Source of the DNA: a virus
Lineage: Duplodnaviria; Caudoviricetes
Virus record (IMG/VR): IMGVR_UViG_3300031555_004309
Span: 1 to 64,000 of that record
Length of the DNA stretch: 64,000 nt
Direction: 5' to 3' (one strand)
Made by a program: the position numbers and the translations under genes
Notes under the pieces: model-generated
Seen by the model: the letters and a program-made list of their open reading frames with translations, nothing else
Databases searched by the model: none
What the model was told of the DNA's origin: nothing
Part shown: piece after piece, positions 56,624 through 64,000 of the stretch
Layout of the letters: every line of letters starts with the position of its first letter
Numbering within the stretch: the first letter of the stretch is position 1

Positions 56624-59600
56624 GTGTCTATCAAAGATTATTCGCGCTTTGAATGTCATAGTCACTCTGAATATTCTAACATACGACTTCTTGACTGCAT
56701 AAATCGACCAAAGGATTTATTGCGGACTGCCGCAGAATTAGGATATTCTGGACTCACAATTACAGACCACGAAGCATTATGCGGTCACGTCGACTTCATT
56801 AATGCAGAAAAAGAATTAAAAGAAAAAGAACTTATCCCACAAGATTTCAAACTCGGTTTAGGTAATGAAATTTATCTTACCGATACAAGAGATAAGTCTC
56901 AAAAATATTATCACTTTATTCTTATAGCAAAAAATAACATAGGTCACCGCGCATTAAGAGAATTAAGTTCTCAGGCTTGGTACAATTCATATTTCGACAG
57001 AGGTATGGAAAGAGTACCAACATTAAAATCTGAACTTGAAGTAATAGTTAAGAAATATCCTAACTCTCTTATTGCAAGTAGTGCGTGTTTAGGTGGAGAG
57101 TTGCCGAAATTAGTTTTTGACCTCATCACCGCAGAGAAAAAGAATAATGAAACAGAAATATACGAATGTAAGAAGGCAATCTTTGAATTTTTAAGTTGGT
57201 GTAAAAATTTATTTGGTGATGATTTTTCGATTGAGGTCGCGCCAAGTAAGAGTAAAGACCAAATCACCTTTAATAGTAGAGTAAAAGATATTGCAAAAGG
57301 TATGGGTATCTCAATGTTATTTGCGACAGACGCCCATTATCTAACTGCAAAAGATAGATATGTTCATAAAGCATATCTTAACTCTAAAAATGGTGATAGA
57401 GAAGTAGACGACTTTTATCTCTATGCCCATTTAATGGATAATGAAGAAGCATTTGAGAATTTGAAAGATTGCTTCAATGAAAATGAGTTTGCTACCATGT
57501 GCGCGCGGACCATAGAAATTATGGATAAAATTGAAGGGTACGAACTCTTTCATCAACCTATCATTCCCACAAGACCAGTTAAAAATTATGCTGCGCGCGC
57601 CTTAATAGGAAATGAGTATCCGATACTTCATAAACTTTGCACAGAAGGCAATTCCCAAGAAAAGTATTGGGTAAATCAATGTATAGAAAATCTTAACCGT
57701 CTCCAACCTTGGCTTATCCCAACAGAAGAAGGAGAGCAAAAGACAAGAGAAGATTATCTTACAAGACTTGAAATTGAAGCCGATGTAATTAACACAATTG
57801 GAGAGAAATTAGGTAACTGCTTATTCGCTTACTTTAATACTTTCCAACATTATATAGATTTATTTTGGGATTGCGGCAGTTTGAGTGGACCAGGTCGTGG
57901 TTCTTCAGTTTGTTTCTTGTCAAACTACTTGTTAGGTATAACTCAGCTTGATCCTATTCGTTGGAACTTAATGTATTGGCGTTTCTTGAATAAAGAGAGA
58001 GTTGAACTCCCTGATATTGATACCGACCTCAGTCCTTCCAAGCGCAAACTTATCTTCAAAAAGATAAGAGAAGAAATAGGAGAAACAAATCTTCTTCAAG
58101 TTGCAACTTTCGGCACAGAAGGAACTCGTTCTGCAATCCAAACTGCGTGCCGAGGATATCGTTCTGACGAGTATCCTGAAGGCATCGACATTGATATTGC
58201 ATTATATTTAAGTGGTCTTATTCCTCAAGAAAGAGGTTTCTTATGGCCGCTGTCTGATGTAGTAAATGGAAATGAAGAGAAAGATCGTAAACCTATCAAA
58301 CAATTTATTGCAGAAGTAAATAAGTATCCTGGTCTTCTTGATATTATGGTATCAATTGAAGGATTAGTTAATAAAAGAGGTCAACACGCGTCAGGTGTTA
58401 TCTTGTATAACTCAACTCCATTCGATACAAATGCGATTATGAGAAGTCCAAACGGAGATTTGATAACACAATTCGCACTTCACGAATCAGAGGCATTAGG
58501 TGATGTTAAGTTCGACTTTCTTGTTACTGAAGTTTGTGATAAGTTGACTAATGCAATTAATCTTCTCAAAGCAGACGGTTATTTCGAAGAAGAAACTTTG
58601 CGTGATATATATGAATCTCACTTCCACCCTTCAATAATAGACTTGAGCGATGAACGAATTTGGGATAGTCTTTTTGAAGGAAGCACAATCGACGTCTTCC
58701 AGTTTAACTCAGAAGTAGGTCTCCAAGCCGCGAAATCTATTCATCCAACTAACCCCATTCAAATGACAATGGCAAATGCGTTAATGAGACTTATGGGTGA
58801 GAAAGGTAAAGAAAGACCTATTGAGAGATATATCCGTATGAAGAATAATATGAAATTATGGTACGGAGAATGTCGAAGAAGAAATTTGTCTGATGAACAA
58901 ATTAAGATTTTGGAAAAATATTATCTTCCTCGTGCAGGTACGCCCGCACTTCAAGAAGATCTTATGCTTGTTTGTATGGATAAGGATATTGCACATTTTA
59001 CATTATCAGAAGCAAATCAGGCTCGTAAAATAGTCGCAAAGAAACAAATGAGTAAAATCCCAGAACTTAAAGAAAAATTTATAACTCAATGTGGAGATGA
59101 GAATTTTGGAGAATATGTATGGGAAACTACTATGGGTCCGCAAATGGGTTACAGTTTTGCACTTCCTCATTCATTGGCCTATAGTTTTGTTGGAATCCAA
59201 ACTCTCATTCTCGCAAATTGTTATCCGTCTATTTATTGGAATTGCGCATGCCTTATTACAAATAGTGGAGGCAATGAAGACGCTGAAGAAGAAGATGAAA
59301 TTGTCGAGATAGTTCCGATAAATGAGATAGAGAATGATGATGACGCAGAATATGAAGATTTGCCAGATAGAAGTGGAAAGAAGAAAAAAGTTCGTAACAC
59401 AAACTATGGTAAGATTTCTACGGCAATAGGACAGATGCGGGCGGCCGGCATAATCGTTGCACCTCCCGACATTAATAAATCTTCATTTACTTTTGTGCCT
59501 GATGCCGAAAATAACACAATTATTTATGGTATTAAAGGTATTACAAGAATAGGTGCAGAAGTAATTAATGATATAATGGCAAATCGTCCATTTACAGATA

Positions 59601-60592
59601 TTTGGGACTTTTTGTCAAAAGTAAAAGTTAACAAACCTCAAATGGTGAACTTGATTAAGTCAGGCGCATTTGATTGTTTTGGAGATAGAATAGAAATTAT
59701 GAGAGAGTATATTGATTCAATCTCTGATAAGAAACAAAGACTCACTCTCCAGAATATGGCTATGCTGATAAAGTATGAATTGATCCCCGAAGATTATCAG
59801 TATTATGCAAAATTGTTTAATTTTAATAAATATCTGAAAGCACATAAAATTGGAACTGCATATGAGATAGATAGTGTTGCCGATCCATTCTATAGTCTTC
59901 ACTTTGATAAAGATTTAACTTGGTGGGAAAATGGACAGCAATTAATCTCTCAATTAGAATGGGATAGGATTTATAAAAAAGAGATGGACGGAATGCGCGC
60001 GTACCTTAAAGAAAATAAGGATGCGGTCCTCGCGCAACTAAATGAGAAACTACTTAAAGAAACTTGGGATAAATATTGTCTTGGTTCAATCTCAAAGTGG
60101 GAAATGGACTCAATTGGGTTCTACTATCACGAACACGAACTTGAAAAATTAGACAGTGCAGTATACAACATTGCAAACTTTAATAAACTCTCAACAGAAC
60201 CTCAAGTAGAAAGAGTTATCACCATTAAAGATAAAGAAGTCCCAATCTATAAACTGTACCATATTGCAGGAACAGTTATCAATAAAGAGAAGAATAAAAA
60301 TAGTATCTCCCTTCTTACAAAAGACGGAGTTGTAAATGTAAAAATTTATCAAGCTCAATTTGCAAAGTATGACCGACAGATAAGTGAAAAAGGTGCCGAT
60401 GGCAAGAAACATGTCATTGAAAAATCTTGGTTTACTCGCGGCAATAAGTTACTTGTAATGGGAATGAGAAGAGACGATACATTCCAATTAAAGAAATATA
60501 AAAATACTTCAGGTGAAGTCATTCAATTAATAAAAGGAATCGATGAAGATGGACTGCTCAGTCTCCAATCCAAACGATATGGTGAAGTGTAA
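56624..60592 (+). CDS. dnaE: DNA polymerase III alpha subunit (family C, SPbeta YorL-like)
   Basis: PHP HSHSEYS/TDH, GPGRGS, PDIDTD, HASG, KFDFL, YSF..PH; promoter 56561-56589. Confidence 0.93.
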   Translation: MSIKDYSRFECHSHSEYSNIRLLDCINRPKDLLRTAAELGYSGLTITDHEALCGHVDFINAEKELKEKELIPQDFKLGLGNEIYLTDTRDKSQKYYHFILIAKNNIGHRALRELSSQAWYNSYFDRGMERVPTLKSELEVIVKKYPNSLIASSACLGGELPKLVFDLITAEKKNNETEIYECKKAIFEFLSWCKNLFGDDFSIEVAPSKSKDQITFNSRVKDIAKGMGISMLFATDAHYLTAKDRYVHKAYLNSKNGDREVDDFYLYAHLMDNEEAFENLKDCFNENEFATMCARTIEIMDKIEGYELFHQPIIPTRPVKNYAARALIGNEYPILHKLCTEGNSQEKYWVNQCIENLNRLQPWLIPTEEGEQKTREDYLTRLEIEADVINTIGEKLGNCLFAYFNTFQHYIDLFWDCGSLSGPGRGSSVCFLSNYLLGITQLDPIRWNLMYWRFLNKERVELPDIDTDLSPSKRKLIFKKIREEIGETNLLQVATFGTEGTRSAIQTACRGYRSDEYPEGIDIDIALYLSGLIPQERGFLWPLSDVVNGNEEKDRKPIKQFIAEVNKYPGLLDIMVSIEGLVNKRGQHASGVILYNSTPFDTNAIMRSPNGDLITQFALHESEALGDVKFDFLVTEVCDKLTNAINLLKADGYFEEETLRDIYESHFHPSIIDLSDERIWDSLFEGSTIDVFQFNSEVGLQAAKSIHPTNPIQMTMANALMRLMGEKGKERPIERYIRMKNNMKLWYGECRRRNLSDEQIKILEKYYLPRAGTPALQEDLMLVCMDKDIAHFTLSEANQARKIVAKKQMSKIPELKEKFITQCGDENFGEYVWETTMGPQMGYSFALPHSLAYSFVGIQTLILANCYPSIYWNCACLITNSGGNEDAEEEDEIVEIVPINEIENDDDAEYEDLPDRSGKKKKVRNTNYGKISTAIGQMRAAGIIVAPPDINKSSFTFVPDAENNTIIYGIKGITRIGAEVINDIMANRPFTDIWDFLSKVKVNKPQMVNLIKSGAFDCFGDRIEIMREYIDSISDKKQRLTLQNMAMLIKYELIPEDYQYYAKLFNFNKYLKAHKIGTAYEIDSVADPFYSLHFDKDLTWWENGQQLISQLEWDRIYKKEMDGMRAYLKENKDAVLAQLNEKLLKETWDKYCLGSISKWEMDSIGFYYHEHELEKLDSAVYNIANFNKLSTEPQVERVITIKDKEVPIYKLYHIAGTVINKEKNKNSISLLTKDGVVNVKIYQAQFAKYDRQISEKGADGKKHVIEKSWFTRGNKLLVMGMRRDDTFQLKKYKNTSGEVIQLIKGIDEDGLLSLQSKRYGEV

Positions 60593-61569
60593 TGATAGGT
60601 TTATATGATTGCGATTTATTTGACGGAAAGACCTTCGTTCCAAACCCAGAAATTATGCTCCTTTCTTCTTATTTTAAGAAGAAAGGGGAGATAGTCCATC
60701 TTCTTCTCGATTTCAAAAATATTGACCTTTACCAAAAAGTATTCATTCGTAAAAATCGAAACGGTAAACAGATTACTGTTACTCCTGACATATACACAAG
60801 AGATAATGTAGATTTTGGAGGAATGTTTTTTACAAAAGGAATATACTCTCCAATTCCACAAGAAGTATTAGAATGCGCGCCCGACACTACAATTTACGAG
60901 AAATATATAAAAAGTAGAAAATGGGAAACAAAAGCAGAACGAGAAGAACTCGGAAATGCGCGTGCAGAATTCATCTCAATTCATCAACGAAAAGTAACTG
61001 AGACTCATCAACGAAAAGTATTTATTATTGACCCCGATATCACAGAATATGATTATGAATACTTGTGCAATATTCAAAAATTTACATCAAGCCAAGTATT
61101 CCACTTTTATTATCCTATAATAATGGATAGCGTCGCGGGTGCAATTAAGTTCTTAACTGCAGATTGGTTTCCAAGTCAACAGTATATCTATTTTAGAAAA
61201 GAACTCTCAGTAGAAGAAATGGAACAGGTCTCTCAATATAGAAAAGGTAAAATTATTTTCTTCTCTTATTTAAATGATAAATATCGTTTTAAAACTCAAG
61301 AAGAAGAAGAAGAACTTATTATAGATTGTTTAGAGAAAATATTGGAAACTCGAAAAAGAAAATTATTCTTTAATTTTCGTATTCATCCACGAACAAGAAC
61401 AGGCTCTATTCCTCTTTTATCTACCGTAGAGAAATGGTGTAACCTTTATTCAAATAAAAGTTTTTACGAGTTTTGTGATTGGGATGATAAAATAAGATGT
61501 AGAAGAATAGTAGGACATTATCCTAATTCAAAAGATCTATTCTTTTCAAATATATTTAATTATAAATAG
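60592..61569 (+). CDS. hypothetical protein; N-terminus like phage radical-SAM-associated proteins, no CxxxCxxC
   Basis: MIGLYD.D....PN..IM.LSSY.K.KG. Confidence 0.55.
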   Translation: MIGLYDCDLFDGKTFVPNPEIMLLSSYFKKKGEIVHLLLDFKNIDLYQKVFIRKNRNGKQITVTPDIYTRDNVDFGGMFFTKGIYSPIPQEVLECAPDTTIYEKYIKSRKWETKAEREELGNARAEFISIHQRKVTETHQRKVFIIDPDITEYDYEYLCNIQKFTSSQVFHFYYPIIMDSVAGAIKFLTADWFPSQQYIYFRKELSVEEMEQVSQYRKGKIIFFSYLNDKYRFKTQEEEEELIIDCLEKILETRKRKLFFNFRIHPRTRTGSIPLLSTVEKWCNLYSNKSFYEFCDWDDKIRCRRIVGHYPNSKDLFFSNIFNYK

Positions 61570-61576
61570 GAGGTGT

Positions 61577-61783
61577 TTGGTAATGACAGGGCCAGAGATT
61601 AAACGCGAAATTGAAAGAATCAACGAGTTAAATAAGAGCCTTATCACTCCCGACATTTGGACATTGAATCCAGATATTGCGAAGAATTTAGTAGAAATAG
61701 CCAAGTTGCGCGCCCAGTGTCCTCATGAATTTGAGAACGGAGAATGTAAATGGTGCTATTTAAAGGAGGAGAAAAATGATTAA
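61577..61783 (+). CDS. small protein with CPH..C..C motif
   Basis: GGAGGT RBS. Confidence 0.55.
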   Translation: MVMTGPEIKREIERINELNKSLITPDIWTLNPDIAKNLVEIAKLRAQCPHEFENGECKWCYLKEEKND

Positions 61784-62441
61784 AGAAACAGAACAAGAAT
61801 CAAAATGGACACTTGATACAGATATTAAAGCTCTCCTTCAAGCGTATCTTAATCAATCCTCAATTAAAGATTTTGAAAGTTTATCTGAATATGTTGATAT
61901 TGTAAATAGGAATATCTATATTAGTGATATAGAAGAAGTAACTGGCGCCGGTGTCGACGCATTTATTCGTTTTTATAATATCGTTGATAAGCAACTCAAT
62001 ATCCCCGTAGAAGATAGAATTCCTATTAAAATCTTTATTAATTCAAGCGGCGGAGATCTTACTGCAACCTTTACAGTAATAGATGCAATACATATGAGTA
62101 AGACGCCAGTTTACACTATTAATCAAGGGCGCGCTTACTCAGGTGGCTACTTCATTTATATCTGCGGTCATAAAAGGTATAGTTTTTCCTCTGCTAATTT
62201 CCTTTTCCACGAAGGTTCTACTGTAATGAGTGGCGATGCACATAAGTTCGAAAGTGCCGCGGACTATTACAAGAAAAAGAGAGAAAAATTAAGACAAATA
62301 GTGCTTGACCATACTAAAATATCTCCTGAACTCTATGATGAAAAGAAAAAAGACGATTGGTGGTTCGATACAGAAGAAGCCGAAAGACTCGGAATGGTAG
62401 AAGTTATCGTTACACCTGAGAATTACGATGAAATTTTATGA
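61776..62441 (+). CDS. clpP: ClpP-like (S14) peptidase
   Basis: IKIFINSSGG, AYSG (catalytic Ser), FLFH (His), DWWF..EEA..LG. Confidence 0.8.
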   Translation: MIKETEQESKWTLDTDIKALLQAYLNQSSIKDFESLSEYVDIVNRNIYISDIEEVTGAGVDAFIRFYNIVDKQLNIPVEDRIPIKIFINSSGGDLTATFTVIDAIHMSKTPVYTINQGRAYSGGYFIYICGHKRYSFSSANFLFHEGSTVMSGDAHKFESAADYYKKKREKLRQIVLDHTKISPELYDEKKKDDWWFDTEEAERLGMVEVIVTPENYDEIL

Positions 62442-63399
62442 GTTTTTGATATATTTACTTCTATTAGTTTGCGGCGGCGTCATAGGATTTTTCTTACGAC
62501 GTCGCGCAAACATAGAGATAGATGAACAGTCTCAAGCACAAAATAAAAGATTGAATGAAGAAAACTTAAAATTGGACCGACTTATTGCAGAAAAGAAATG
62601 TACTTTTGCTTCTGAAATTCAACAACTTCAAGAATCTCAAAATGAAAAGAAGAAAGAGTTACTTGCTTCACTGAAAGAAGAAGAAGATTCTAAACGCAAA
62701 GAAATTTCTGAAAAAATTCATTTAGAATTACAATTAGAACGTGAAAAATTGAAACAAAAAATCGCTGAAATTAGCCAAAATGAATTTAGTCAATTGTCTA
62801 TTCAGCTTGAAGAAAATCGTTTGAATTTTGAAGCAAAAACTGCGGAGTGGAACTCTGAATTAGAAACTCTTTCTAAAGAAATAGAGGAATTAAGGAATAA
62901 GAAGCGCGCACTTATTGAGGCGGCTAAGCATGAGGAAGAAATTGCACAGCAAAAAGATTTTTATCGCTTACAAGTAGAAGATGATGTGATAGAAGATGTG
63001 ATAGAGTTGAAAAAATTACAAAATAGACTTCATAATCCTGACGTACTTAATAAACTCATTTATAAGACCTATTTTGAAAAACCATACACCTCTCTTATAG
63101 GAAGGGTTGTAGGTGCAGATAAGGTTACTGGTATTTATAAAATTACCAATATAAATGACCAACGAGTTTATATAGGTCAAGCAGTAGATATCGCGGCTCG
63201 TTGGAAACAGCATATTAAGCGCGCTCTCGGCGCAGAACCTATCACCCAAAATAAACTTTATCCTGCTATGGAGAAGGAAGGAGTTTGGAATTTTACTTTT
63301 GAAATAGTGGAAAAGTGTAAAAAGGAAGAATTAGGAGAAAGAGAACAATATTATCAAGAGTTCTTTGGTGCAAAGGAATATGGATATAGTATTAAATAA
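62428..63399 (+). CDS. membrane-anchored coiled-coil GIY-YIG nuclease
   Basis: N-terminal TM, long coiled coil, GIYKITN...YIGQA...RWKQH. Confidence 0.8.
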   Translation: MKFYEFLIYLLLLVCGGVIGFFLRRRANIEIDEQSQAQNKRLNEENLKLDRLIAEKKCTFASEIQQLQESQNEKKKELLASLKEEEDSKRKEISEKIHLELQLEREKLKQKIAEISQNEFSQLSIQLEENRLNFEAKTAEWNSELETLSKEIEELRNKKRALIEAAKHEEEIAQQKDFYRLQVEDDVIEDVIELKKLQNRLHNPDVLNKLIYKTYFEKPYTSLIGRVVGADKVTGIYKITNINDQRVYIGQAVDIAARWKQHIKRALGAEPITQNKLYPAMEKEGVWNFTFEIVEKCKKEELGEREQYYQEFFGAKEYGYSIK

Positions 63400-63627
63400 A
63401 AGGCTTATTGGTAGAACAGAAAAAATGTTATGGTATGCAAAGTATACTAATGGTATTATTATAAGCAAAAACCCTTCTCTTTTAGAGGAAAAGGCAAAAT
63501 CTTTAGGTATTACAGGATTAAAGATTGTAAGTTGTGATAAAAATGCACAAGGAAGATTTTGTTCCAATGTAAATTTTGACTTTTCTAAGTCATTGTGATA
63601 TAATATGAGATAAAGGAGGCGAGAAGA

Positions 63628-63840
63628 ATGATTCTTTTAAAACGAACAGAAGAGTTTAGAGTAGAGTCCGATGTTGAGGCTCGTAAGGCCATTGATGATG
63701 TCCGTGCAGATGCAAATGAGAAAGGTTATCAAATTGCTTCAGCAGGCTACACTCATAAAGAGAAAAAGGCAAAAGGCGAAGTTATTGATGCTTGTGAAAT
63801 TCTCAAAATCGTAAAAGTATTTGGAGGGATTTGGGAATGA
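63628..63840 (+). CDS. hypothetical protein
   Basis: sigma-A promoter 63576-63604; GGAGG RBS. Confidence 0.65.
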   Translation: MILLKRTEEFRVESDVEARKAIDDVRADANEKGYQIASAGYTHKEKKAKGEVIDACEILKIVKVFGGIWE

Positions 63841-64000
63841 ATGCAAGGATAATTGAAGGTCAAGAACAACCTACTAATGATAATAAGTTACTTGAAAACA
63901 TTATCAATTTAATGGGTAAGATTGAACAAGGCGCGCCGGGGTTTGATGAAAAGGAGTTTGAAGAATTAAAGTCCCAAATGTTGGCTTCAGGTATGAGTGT
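63837..64000 (+). CDS. partial hypothetical protein (runs off window)
   Basis: ATG overlapping previous stop; MNARIIEGQEQPT... open to window end. Confidence 0.55.
   Translation, partial: MNARIIEGQEQPTNDNKLLENIINLMGKIEQGAPGFDEKEFEELKSQMLASGMS

Noticed and set aside
36731-60592. Introns or inteins in nrdD, gyrase, helicase or dnaE
   Set aside because: The ORFs are continuous and of normal length, with no intein splice motifs recognised.
60981-61020. 16-bp direct repeat TCATCAACGAAAAGTA with 24-nt period
   Set aside because: Only two copies, in frame (HQRKV twice); most simply a local duplication.
1-64000. Stop-codon reassignment or CRISPR array
   Set aside because: Long genes are intact in the standard code, no suppressor tRNA is present, and no regularly spaced repeats with unique spacers were seen.

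Overview
This window is an AT-rich segment of a large tailed phage (Caudoviricetes). The host is probably Firmicutes (Clostridia, gut/rumen type), judged from sigma-A promoters, GGAGG ribosome-binding sites, an SPbeta-like replication module and a dockerin gene. Genes run on the minus strand from 1 to about 36.4 kb and on the plus strand after a divergent promoter pair at about 36.45 kb. The left arm holds a 19-tRNA operon, RtcB, many small early genes, a GOLLD-like RNA with an embedded tRNA-Asn followed by an atypical tRNA-fMet, a ROOL-like RNA, GT8/GT2 glycosyltransferases, an array of paralogous tail/adhesin modules, lysis genes, an HPr-like protein, DNA ligase and RNase HI. The right arm holds class III RNR, a secreted dockerin protein, gyrB/gyrA, SSB/annealase/helicase/primase/RecJ/DnaE, PIN-PhoH, two DNA methyltransferases, a ClpP-like protein and a GIY-YIG protein. 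The strongest candidate new system is an unannotated 35-codon leader peptide between the promoter and the tRNA operon. It contains all 20 amino acids (25 different codons in its first 26) and overlaps an antiterminator/terminator switch, so it looks like an attenuator that senses depletion of almost any tRNA and switches on the phage tRNA array. All family assignments come from motif recognition by eye; no searches were run.
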